Source of the DNA: Acidimicrobiia bacterium
GTDB taxonomy: Bacteria; Actinomycetota; Acidimicrobiia; Acidimicrobiales; CADCSY01
Assembly (NCBI GenBank): GCA_050249235.1
Contig: JBFWQW010000004.1
Coordinates: 3,248 to 67,247 of the forward strand
Length of the DNA stretch: 64,000 nucleotides
Reading direction: 5' to 3'
Shown: positions 9,420-17,444 of the stretch, in pieces
Position numbering within the stretch: the first letter of the stretch is position 1
How the letters are laid out: the number at the start of each line of letters is the position of its first letter
Program-made: the position numbers and the translations under genes
Notes under the pieces: generated by a model
What the model was told of the DNA's origin: nothing
What the model saw: only the letters and a program-made list of their open reading frames with translations
Database searches by the model: none

Positions 9420-10283
9420 TTGAGGGCGGCCGTCGTCGTCCCGACCCGGGACCGGCCCGTCGCCCTGGCCCGTTGCCTCGACGCTCTGGCGGCCCAGGAC
9501 CTCGGCGCCGTCCCCTTGGTCGGAGACCTGGCGATCCTCGTCGTCGACGACGCCTCCGCCGACCCGGATGCCGTCCGGGCGGTGGCCGCCGGGAGGGCGC
9601 GGGTGGTGGCCGGTGAAGGACGGGGCCCGGCCGCGGCCCGCAACCTCGGCGCCCGGGCCGCCGGTGCCGCCGGTGCCGACGCGGTGCTGTTCACCGACGA
9701 CGACTGCCGCCCCGAACAGGGCTGGGTCGCCGCCCACCTCGCCCGGATCGAACGGGGAGCGGCGGTCGTGGCCGGCCCGACGCTGGCCGGCCCGGGAGCG
9801 GCGGCCCCGGCTCGGGCCGCGCAGGTGGTGACCAACCTCCTCGTCGCGGCCCCGCCTGGCGCGGGCACGGTCGCCTTCGCCCCGACCAGCAACCTGGCCG
9901 GGCGGGCCGACGTCTTCGCCGCCCTGCCCTTCGACGAGCGCTATCCCTCGGCTGCGGGCGAGGACCGGGACTGGTGCGATCGCTACACGTCGACGGGAGG
10001 CACCATCGCCTTCGAGCCGACCGCCGTGGTGGACCACCACCCCGACCTCTCGCTGCGGCGGTACTGGCGCCAGCAGGTGCGCTACGGGCGCGGGGCGCAC
10101 CGCTACCGGGCCGCCGGTGACCGCCCCCGTCCGCCGATCGGGTTCTATCTGGACCTGCTCCGGGCCGGGTTCCGCGGCGGCCCGTCGGTGGGCCTCCTGG
10201 TCGCGCTGGCCCAGGTGGCCACGGTCGTCGGCGTCGTCGCCGAGGCCCGGGCGGGCGACGGGCGCGACCGCGCCGCCAGGTGA
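9420..10283 (+). CDS. glycosyltransferase family 2
   Basis: VVVPTRDRP...LVVDDAS...ARNLGARAA...LFTDDDC are the GT2 DxD and nucleotide-sugar-binding motifs. The start is uncertain: I chose the in-frame TTG at 9420, and the track ORF begins at 9126 with Arg/Pro-rich low-complexity sequence. Confidence 0.7.
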   Translation: MRAAVVVPTRDRPVALARCLDALAAQDLGAVPLVGDLAILVVDDASADPDAVRAVAAGRARVVAGEGRGPAAARNLGARAAGAAGADAVLFTDDDCRPEQGWVAAHLARIERGAAVVAGPTLAGPGAAAPARAAQVVTNLLVAAPPGAGTVAFAPTSNLAGRADVFAALPFDERYPSAAGEDRDWCDRYTSTGGTIAFEPTAVVDHHPDLSLRRYWRQQVRYGRGAHRYRAAGDRPRPPIGFYLDLLRAGFRGGPSVGLLVALAQVATVVGVVAEARAGDGRDRAAR

Positions 10284-10292
10284 GCGGCTGGC

Positions 10293-11801
10293 TCAGCGGA
10301 CGAGGAGCGGTTCGCCGGCCGTCGTCGCCGGGTCGCCGCCGTGCAGGGCGAGGACGGTCGCGGCGATGTCCTCGAGCCGCGGCGCCCGGTCCAGCGGTGC
10401 AAGCGACGCCTTCGCCGGGATCACCAGGGCCCAGGCGTCACCGTCGGTGTGGTTGCCCGAGCGGCCGCTGCCCACGCCGTGGCGACGGATCGTCCCGTAG
10501 CGCTCGGATCGCACCCCCTCCAGCCGGGTGGCCGGCCGGTCGGTCCAGTGCACGATCAGGTCGGGGAGCTGATGGGCCCGCTCTCCCGTGCCGAACCGGT
10601 CGGCCACCCGTTCGACGGCTCGGACGGCCGGCTGGCCGTCGAGGTCGGTGAAGGTGCGGATGCCGTCGGCGATCTCGTCCATGAGGGCCGGGGCATGGGC
10701 CGGGTCGACGATGCCGTCGCGCTCGCGGCCCCGGAGGTTCAGCCGGACGTAGCCCTGGTTCTCGGCGGGGTGGGCGAAGGCGCGCGTCCGGCTCCAGTCG
10801 ATGCCCCGGAGCTCCAGGCGGGCCGTCAGGTCGAGGGCGACCCTCTCCGGGAGGACGCCGCCGACCTTGGCCCGCAGCCCGCTCGGCACGGCGGCCCGCA
10901 GCCGCCAGATGGAGCTCCTCCTGGCGCCGGCCTGGGTCCAGCCCGGCTCGAGGATGGCCCGGAGCATCTCGGGGAGCATGTCGGCCCGGCTGGTGTTGAC
11001 GTCCATGCCGACCGGCGAGATCACCATCAGGTCGGTGCCCGGAGGCAGCGCCGAGACGACCCGGCCGAGCGCGGCGTCGACGGCGACGTAGACGTCGGCG
11101 AGCGTGCCGCCGAGCAGGTGCTCGCTTTCGCCGTCGAGCTGGTCGGGGTCGAGCTGGGAGAGGTCCCAGAACTGGTGGCCGGCGATGTGTGCCGCGCAGA
11201 AGGTCACCCAGGCGAGGTCGTAGGGCGCCTCCGCCAGCAGCAGCGCGGTGGCATCGGCGACCCGGCCCGGTGCCGAGAGCAGCCGCTGGCGCAAGCCCAG
11301 CATCTCCTTGACGGTGTGGGTGCCGAACACCTCGTCGACCACTTGGGGCGGTCCGAAGACCCGGCGGAGCCGGCGATGGACGCCGGCCGGTCGGTCCCAC
11401 CGCCGCAGCACGACCCGGTCGTGGAGCTGCCAGCCGCAAACCTGCGTGCCGGGAGACGGGCCCGTCGGCGGCCGGCTCTCGTAGGGGTCGACGGCGAGGG
11501 TGCGGGACCCGGTGCCGGCCAGCTGCTCCCACACCGGCGGCGGGGCGTGGAGGTCGCCCATGTAGCGGGCCCGTTGCTCCGGTGCCGACCACTGGAAGGG
11601 GTAGAAGAGGCCGTGCTCGCCGAGCTCGTGGCCGCTGTAGAGGGAGTGCTGGGCGCCGGCCGCGAACTGCGTGGCGGGCGCGTCGAGGTCGAGCCACGCG
11701 CCCCGGTCCCGGAGGGAGGCCAGGTTCGGCAGCCGCTGCTCCGCGAGGAGGGCGTCGAGAAGGCGGGCGCTGGCCGCGTCGAACTGGAGGATCGCGAGCA
11801 T
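10293..11801 (-). CDS. alkaline-phosphatase superfamily enzyme (type I phosphodiesterase/nucleotide pyrophosphatase-like)
   Basis: 502 aa from MLAILQFDAASARLL..LPNLASL; HSLYSGHELGEHGL and GNHTDGDAW fit the PF01663-type metal-site pattern. No signal peptide or TM segment was seen. The start shares 1 nt with the upstream stop (TGATG). Confidence 0.7.
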   Translation of the reverse strand: MLAILQFDAASARLLDALLAEQRLPNLASLRDRGAWLDLDAPATQFAAGAQHSLYSGHELGEHGLFYPFQWSAPEQRARYMGDLHAPPPVWEQLAGTGSRTLAVDPYESRPPTGPSPGTQVCGWQLHDRVVLRRWDRPAGVHRRLRRVFGPPQVVDEVFGTHTVKEMLGLRQRLLSAPGRVADATALLLAEAPYDLAWVTFCAAHIAGHQFWDLSQLDPDQLDGESEHLLGGTLADVYVAVDAALGRVVSALPPGTDLMVISPVGMDVNTSRADMLPEMLRAILEPGWTQAGARRSSIWRLRAAVPSGLRAKVGGVLPERVALDLTARLELRGIDWSRTRAFAHPAENQGYVRLNLRGRERDGIVDPAHAPALMDEIADGIRTFTDLDGQPAVRAVERVADRFGTGERAHQLPDLIVHWTDRPATRLEGVRSERYGTIRRHGVGSGRSGNHTDGDAWALVIPAKASLAPLDRAPRLEDIAATVLALHGGDPATTAGEPLLVR

Positions 11802-12754
11802 CAGGGTGCGACCTCGTCTGGCGTGGGAACGTCGATCCGTCGGCCCCCGGTGGCGGCGCTGGCCCTGGCCGCGTCGAGGACGGCCATCACGGCGACGCCG
11901 TCGGCCGGCGTCCCGAGGGCGCCGCGGCATCCGGTGCGGAGCGCGTGGGCGAACGCGGCCAGCTCGGCCCGCAGTGTCCCCACCAACCGGTCAGGCGACC
12001 GGCGGAGGGGGAGCCGCGCCGCCAGGCCGGCGGCGGCCCCGCCGACGCGGTGGTCGGTCACCCGTCGCCCGTCGACCCGCAGACGGAGCCGCTCCTCGTG
12101 GGGGCGGTTCGTCGCCGCTTCGAGGCGGGCCCGACCGCCGGCGAGCGCCAGGCGGAGGACGGCCCGGTCGGTCGAGAGCTCCTCGGCGGCGACCGAGCGC
12201 ACCTCCCGGCCACTGATCCACCGGGCCCAGTCGACGAGGTGGGGTCCGAGGTCCAGCATTGCGTCGTCCACGACGGCGTGGGCAGCCCAGCGGCGGCGGC
12301 GGTAGCGCAGGGCCAGGTCCAGCTCGACGTCGCCGAGGGGATGCACACCGGAGCGGGCGGCCAGCGCGGCGCCGTCGAAGCGACGGTTGAAGCCGAGGAA
12401 CGGCGCGGGGGACAGCGCGCCCAGCACCGCGGCCGTGGCCGCATCCGCGGCGGGGGGCTTCTCGACGAGGGCGACGACACCGGCTTCGGCGGCCAGCGTG
12501 GCGTCCGCCACGTGGCGGGCGACGGGCGAGGCGACGAGGAGGCCGTCGACCTCCGTGCCGTCGAGCAGCTCGGCGGCATCGCCGTAGGTGGCCACCGGAC
12601 CGGCGGCGGCGACCACCGCGGCCCGCCGGCTCCCGTCGGGGTCGGCGACGGCGACGAGCCGGATCGCGTCCAGTCCCGACAGGGCCGGCAGGTAGCCGCG
12701 CTCGGCCAGTCGGCCGCAGCCGACGATGCCGACCCGCACCGGGGTGACGCTCAC
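11801..12754 (-). CDS. Gfo/Idh/MocA family NAD(P)-dependent oxidoreductase
   Basis: N-terminal Rossmann motif VRVGIVGCGRLAERGYLPAL plus VALVEKPPA. The GTG start overlaps the upstream GT2 stop (GTGA at 12751-12754). Only the last 317 codons of the 1120-aa ORF look genuine. Confidence 0.8.
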   Translation of the reverse strand: MSVTPVRVGIVGCGRLAERGYLPALSGLDAIRLVAVADPDGSRRAAVVAAAGPVATYGDAAELLDGTEVDGLLVASPVARHVADATLAAEAGVVALVEKPPAADAATAAVLGALSPAPFLGFNRRFDGAALAARSGVHPLGDVELDLALRYRRRRWAAHAVVDDAMLDLGPHLVDWARWISGREVRSVAAEELSTDRAVLRLALAGGRARLEAATNRPHEERLRLRVDGRRVTDHRVGGAAAGLAARLPLRRSPDRLVGTLRAELAAFAHALRTGCRGALGTPADGVAVMAVLDAARASAATGGRRIDVPTPDEVAP

Positions 12755-13731
12755 GGCCGCACAGCCTCGGGCTCGGCCCGCGTCCCGGGACGGTCGACCA
12801 CCCGGAGGAGCGGGCCGGGCCTCGTCCCCGGGGAGCGCGCCGCCACGAGCACGCCCACCGGGACGGCGGCCACCGCGGTCAGGTGGTGGACCCAGTGCAG
12901 GGTCATGCCGGCGACCCCCCGGAAGATGCCGAGCTGGCGGAGGAGGAGCCCGTAGAACGCCCGGTTCAGCGCGATGAGCGCGGCGGTCGCCCCCGGCAGC
13001 GCGGCCGGCGGCCCGAGCAGCGCGACCACCGGCAGGGCCAGGCAGAGGAGGGCGCTGATCCGGTGTCGCCAGCCCAGGTTGAGCGTGTCGGCGAAGCGTC
13101 GGGAGCGGACCTGGAGGGCGACCCAGGGGACGCCCCGGCGGCCGAAGTCGGTCCGCACCATGGACGAGAGCGTCCACCGCTTGAGATGGGTGCCCTGGAT
13201 CGCCGGGTCGAGCCACAGCCGACCGCCGGAGGCCGCCAGCCGGTGGCCGAGCTCGATGTCCTCGATGGAGGGGTTCGGGTAGCGCTCCTGGTCGAAGCCG
13301 CCGACGGCGAGGAACGCGTCCCGGCGGACGGCGCCCACGCCGGTCCAGAACGTCTCGGCCTCCCCGGCGGCGCCCTGGTGCACGTGGTGGTGCAGCAGGT
13401 TCCGGAAGGACGAGACGGTGCCGTGCGCCCTGGGTCGGTCGTCGTAGGAGCCCAGCACGGCCGTGAGCGCCGGGTCCGCGTCGAAGGCGGCGCGGATCCG
13501 GCTGAAGGCGTCCGGGTGCACCTCGACGTCGGCGTCGACGAAGACGAGCACGTCGCCGTTGGCTCGGGCCGCCCCGTCGTTCCGGGCCGCCGCTGCCGAC
13601 CCCACCGTCGGGTCGGTCACCGCGATGACCTCGTCCGGCCCGTCCGCGGCCCTGGCCACGGCGGCCAGGCAGCCCCGCAGCGTCGGGGGACCGTCCGTCG
13701 CGGGGACGACCAGCGAGAGGGTCAGCGCCAC
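12751..13731 (-). CDS. glycosyltransferase family 2 with C-terminal membrane segments
   Basis: LSLVVPATDGPP...AARNDGAARA..VLVFVDADV...EDIELGHRL are GT2 motifs. Hydrophobic C-terminal helices follow (ISALLCLALPVVALL...). Confidence 0.85.
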   Translation of the reverse strand: MALTLSLVVPATDGPPTLRGCLAAVARAADGPDEVIAVTDPTVGSAAAARNDGAARANGDVLVFVDADVEVHPDAFSRIRAAFDADPALTAVLGSYDDRPRAHGTVSSFRNLLHHHVHQGAAGEAETFWTGVGAVRRDAFLAVGGFDQERYPNPSIEDIELGHRLAASGGRLWLDPAIQGTHLKRWTLSSMVRTDFGRRGVPWVALQVRSRRFADTLNLGWRHRISALLCLALPVVALLGPPAALPGATAALIALNRAFYGLLLRQLGIFRGVAGMTLHWVHHLTAVAAVPVGVLVAARSPGTRPGPLLRVVDRPGTRAEPEAVRP

Positions 13732-13767
13732 GGGCCCGAACCGTATCTGTTCGGCAACCCTTATCGC

Positions 13768-15207
13768 TCATGGTCGGTCGGGTGACGAGCAGTCGGCGGC
13801 GGCGACGACCCAACCCCCCTGCTGGGCCAGCCGGGTGACGGGCACCTCCGAGACCGAGAGCCGGGTGTCGTCCTCGCTCCCGGTGCGCACCACGAGGATC
13901 CCCGCCGGGCTCGCCGGCAGGCTCCGCACCGCCGACAGCGGCAGGCCCGCTCTCCAGGCCAGGGCCGGCCGGGGGACGAGGGCCCCGTCCATGGACAGCG
14001 GTGGGCACCCGATGAGGCGGGTGGCGATGTCCGCCTCCCGGACGACGGCCGCGAGGTCGCGGTCGGCGACGGCCCGCCGGTCGATCTCCTCGACGAGGCG
14101 GCCGAGGTTCGACGTCCGGGCCGCGACCGACGGCAGCGAGAGCCCCGCGATGGCGGCGACCGCGATCGCCCGCCTCCAGCCACGAGGTGTCGACTCGACC
14201 GCGAGGACCACCCCGACGGCAGCCACCACCACGATGAGCGCCGCGGCCGGGAGGAAGAAGCGGGCCAGGGCGGCGTAGCCGAGGGTCGCGCTCATAGCGA
14301 CCGCGACGATCGACCAGCCCAGCGCGGCGGCGGCCAGCACCGGCACCGTGGGCGCGAGGGGGCGACGACCCGGAACCGTCGGGCCGGGAGCGACGCCGGA
14401 CCTGCCGGCCCGGACCGACAGGACGAGCGCGACCCCCGCTGCGATCCAGGCGGGGAGGATCACGGACGCCAGGGCCCGGTCGAGCGCCTCGCCGAGGCGG
14501 CCGGAACCCGTGACCACCTGGGCGGCGTCGGCCCCGTGGAGCGGTGACCCGGAGCCCCACCAGTCGACGCCGAACCACAGGAGGGGGATCGCGGCGACAC
14601 AGGCCGCCACGAGGGGTCGCGACCGCGGATGCCGCCGCCACGTCCAGAGCCCGTAGAGGACGAGGAAGGGCCAGCTCTCGGGCCGGTCGAGCGCCAGCAG
14701 CGTCAGCAGCCCCAGCGCCTGCCCGGGTCGTGCGGCCAGGTGGCGATCGACGGCCCAGAGCGCGAGCCCGGCGGTCACGGGCGCGCTGTGACCCTCGAGC
14801 ACCAGGCGGACGAACCGCGGTCCACGGTCCGGCGTGAGCAGGAGCAGCCCGGCGGCGAGGATCCCGGCCGAGCGGCCGCCGAAGGTCCGGGCCAGGCGGT
14901 ACGCGCCGAGCACGCTCAGGAGGCCGAGGGTGCGGGTCAGCACGAGCCAGGCCACCGGCGCCAGCGAGCCCAGGCCGGCGAGCGGGACGGCGAGGATCAC
15001 CGGGAGCGGCTTCCACGAGGGCCCCCCGGTGGTGTCGAGCTCGAGGTGGAGCAGCTCCCGACCCCACACCAGCCACGCCCACGCGTCGTAGGCGAGCGTG
15101 GCCGGCACGAGGAGGAGCGCGACGGACGCGGCCACGCAGGCGGCCACCGATCCGGCCGCCCACCGTCGGTCGACTGCCAGCCGCGACCCGGGGGGACCGG
15201 CCGTCAC
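13768..15207 (-). CDS. polytopic membrane protein, GT-C-like glycosyltransferase candidate
   Basis: About 479 aa with at least 10 hydrophobic helices, an Asp-containing first loop (LAYDAWAWLVWGRELL) and a ~100-aa soluble C-terminal domain. The proposed GTG start overlaps the upstream ATPase stop (GTGA at 15204-15207). Alternative in-frame GTGs are at 15147 and 15135. Confidence 0.6.
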   Translation of the reverse strand: MTAGPPGSRLAVDRRWAAGSVAACVAASVALLLVPATLAYDAWAWLVWGRELLHLELDTTGGPSWKPLPVILAVPLAGLGSLAPVAWLVLTRTLGLLSVLGAYRLARTFGGRSAGILAAGLLLLTPDRGPRFVRLVLEGHSAPVTAGLALWAVDRHLAARPGQALGLLTLLALDRPESWPFLVLYGLWTWRRHPRSRPLVAACVAAIPLLWFGVDWWGSGSPLHGADAAQVVTGSGRLGEALDRALASVILPAWIAAGVALVLSVRAGRSGVAPGPTVPGRRPLAPTVPVLAAAALGWSIVAVAMSATLGYAALARFFLPAAALIVVVAAVGVVLAVESTPRGWRRAIAVAAIAGLSLPSVAARTSNLGRLVEEIDRRAVADRDLAAVVREADIATRLIGCPPLSMDGALVPRPALAWRAGLPLSAVRSLPASPAGILVVRTGSEDDTRLSVSEVPVTRLAQQGGWVVAAADCSSPDRP

Positions 15208-16298
15208 CCGGCGGGTTGGGCGCCGAGCACGTGCACCGGGCCGATCACCCGCAGGTCGGTCTCCGTCCCGATCGGCCAGCCGGGCAGCCCCCTCGTCCGG
15301 CACTGGACCTCCCGCCCGCTGGCCAGGGCCAGGCGGACGAGCTGGTCGTGGCCGAAGTACGACCTGCCGAGCACGGTGGCCCGCACGGTTCCGGCCGCAG
15401 GATCCGGGTGCGCGGCCGAAGCGATGGCCAGCGACTCGGGGCGGACGATCACGTCCACGCGACCCTCGGCCGCCCCGCCGGCGGGGAACCGCCCCAGCTC
15501 GCACTCGACGGTCCCGCCCCTGACCGCGCCGGGCAGGACGTCGGCGGCGCCGAGGAACTCGGCGACCCACCGGTTGACAGGCGACAGATACACGGACTCG
15601 GGTGCACCGATCTGCTCGACGGCGCCGTCCCGCATCACGACGACGACGTCGGCGAGCGACAGGGCCTCCTGCTGGTCGTGGGTGACCAGGAGCGCGGTCG
15701 TCCCGGTGTCGGCCAGGATCGCCGCGACCTCCTCGCGCAACGCCACCCTGAGGGCGGCGTCGAGGGCGGTGAACGGCTCGTCGAGCAGCACGACGTCGGG
15801 CTCCGGCGCCAGCGCGCGCGCCAGCGCGATGCGCTGGCGCTCGCCGCCCGACAGCTCGTGCGGGTAGGACCTGGCCCGGTCGGCGAGCCCGACGAGCTCG
15901 AGGCACTCCTCGACCCGGCCGGCCCGGGGCTGGCCGAAGGCGACGTTGGCCCGGACCGTGAGATGGGGGAACAGGGCGCCGTCCTGGAACACCATGCCGA
16001 CCCGGCGCTGCTCGGGCTCGACCCAGGTGCCCGGTCCGCACACGGTCCGACCGTTGATCGTGACGGTGCCACCGTCGGGCACCTCGACACCGGCCACGAT
16101 GCGCAGCAGGGTCGTCTTGCCCGAGCCGCTCGGGCCGAGGAGCGCGACCAGCTGGCCCTTCTCGACGGTGACGGTCGCGTCGTCGACGGCGACGGTGGCG
16201 CCGAAGACCTTGCGGATCCCGACGGCGGCGATGGCCGGCTGTGCGTGCCGGCCGGCCTCGGAGGCGTCGATGGGAGCGTCTGCGACCGGCCTCGTCAC
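15204..16298 (-). CDS. ABC transporter ATP-binding protein (Fe3+/polyamine importer type with C-terminal TOBE-like domain)
   Basis: Walker A GPSGSGKTT, signature LSGGERQRIALARA, Walker B VVLLDEPF and H-loop LVTHDQ are all present, plus a ~120-aa C-terminal extension. Confidence 0.9.
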   Translation of the reverse strand: MTRPVADAPIDASEAGRHAQPAIAAVGIRKVFGATVAVDDATVTVEKGQLVALLGPSGSGKTTLLRIVAGVEVPDGGTVTINGRTVCGPGTWVEPEQRRVGMVFQDGALFPHLTVRANVAFGQPRAGRVEECLELVGLADRARSYPHELSGGERQRIALARALAPEPDVVLLDEPFTALDAALRVALREEVAAILADTGTTALLVTHDQQEALSLADVVVVMRDGAVEQIGAPESVYLSPVNRWVAEFLGAADVLPGAVRGGTVECELGRFPAGGAAEGRVDVIVRPESLAIASAAHPDPAAGTVRATVLGRSYFGHDQLVRLALASGREVQCRTRGLPGWPIGTETDLRVIGPVHVLGAQPAG

Positions 16299-16412
16299 GC
16301 CGGCACCCTACTTGGACGGGTGTCCGTGATCGGCTGACAGATCCTTGGACGTTCGGGTGCCCTACCGTTCGGTGGTTCCCACTCGTCGCCCGACGGAGGA
16401 TGACCCCTTCCG

Positions 16413-17444
16413 ATGCTCTCTCGCCTCATTCGCATGCGCTGGCCGATCCCCGTGCTCGTCGTCCTGGCCGGGCTCGCGCTGGCCGCCACCGCCGTCCTGG
16501 CCAGCCGGCGGGACGGGTCGGTGCTGGTCGTCTACAACGGCCGGTCGCACTACGGCGACGAGCAGGTGTTCGAAGCGTTCACCGAGGCGACCGGCATCGC
16601 CGTCGAGCTGCGGGGCGGCACCGGGCCCGAGCTGTTCGAGCGGCTCCGCCAGGAGGGGTCGGACACCCCGGCCGACGTCCTGATCACGACCGACCTGGCC
16701 AACCTGTGGCGGGCGGAGGAGGCCGGGCTGCTGCGACCCACGACCTCGGGCGAGCTGCGGGCCAACGTCCCCTCGGACCTGCACGACCCGGAGGACATGT
16801 GGTGGGCGCTCACCACCCGGATGCGGATCCCGGTCGTCTCCACCCGTCGCGTCGACGTCTCCCGCGTGACGAGCTACGAGTCGCTCGGAGACCCGCAGTT
16901 CGCCGGCCGGACCTGCCTGCGTACGTCGGCCAACGAGTACAACCAGTCCCTGGTGGCCGACATGATCGCCAAGCGGGGCCGCGGGGCGACGGAAGCCCTC
17001 CTCCGGACGTGGATGGACAACGACCCCGACATCATCAACTCGGACGGCGAGCTCCTCGCCGCCATCGCCGCCGGCGAGTGCGACGTCGGGCTGACCAACC
17101 ACTACTACCTGGGTCGAGCGCTGCTGGAGGACCCGGGCTTCCCCGTGGCGCCGGCATGGCCCGACCAGGCCGGCGCCGGGGCCCACACCAACCTCTCGGG
17201 CGGCGGCGTGGTCGCCGGATCCGACCGGCCCGACGACGCCCGCCGGCTCCTCGAGTTCCTGACCTCGGTGGAGGGCCAGCGGTACTTCACCGCCGGGAGC
17301 GAGTTCCCGGCCAACCCGGCCGTCCCCCCCGAGCCCCACATCGCCACGTGGGCCGGCGTGCGCCGCGACCCCATCGCCGTCAACGGCGCGGGCCCCCTGC
17401 TCCAGGAGGCGACCAAGCTCATGTTGGCCGTGGGATGGCGCTGA
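16413..17444 (+). CDS. Fe(3+)-type ABC transporter substrate-binding protein
   Basis: It has a signal/TM anchor followed by VVYNGRSHYGDEQVFEAFTEATGI...VLITTD...WWALTTRMRIPV..TNHYYLGR, which resembles the FbpA/AfuA family. GGAGGA lies 11 nt upstream of the ATG. Confidence 0.85.
   Translation: MLSRLIRMRWPIPVLVVLAGLALAATAVLASRRDGSVLVVYNGRSHYGDEQVFEAFTEATGIAVELRGGTGPELFERLRQEGSDTPADVLITTDLANLWRAEEAGLLRPTTSGELRANVPSDLHDPEDMWWALTTRMRIPVVSTRRVDVSRVTSYESLGDPQFAGRTCLRTSANEYNQSLVADMIAKRGRGATEALLRTWMDNDPDIINSDGELLAAIAAGECDVGLTNHYYLGRALLEDPGFPVAPAWPDQAGAGAHTNLSGGGVVAGSDRPDDARRLLEFLTSVEGQRYFTAGSEFPANPAVPPEPHIATWAGVRRDPIAVNGAGPLLQEATKLMLAVGWR

Noticed and set aside
13736-13754. CCGAAC-N7-GTTCGG hairpin in the AT-richer 36-bp spacer between the GT-C-like and GT2 genes, considered as a LexA/SOS (Cheo-type GAAC-N4-GTTC) box
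   Set aside because: The spacing is 7 rather than 4, and the flanks do not match TCGAAC/GTTCGA. It is more likely a small structural hairpin or chance.
11801-15163. 1120-aa minus-strand ORF
   Set aside because: Only its last 317 codons (the Gfo/Idh/MocA protein) look real. The remainder runs out of frame through the GT2 and GT-C-like genes and is Arg/Pro-rich.
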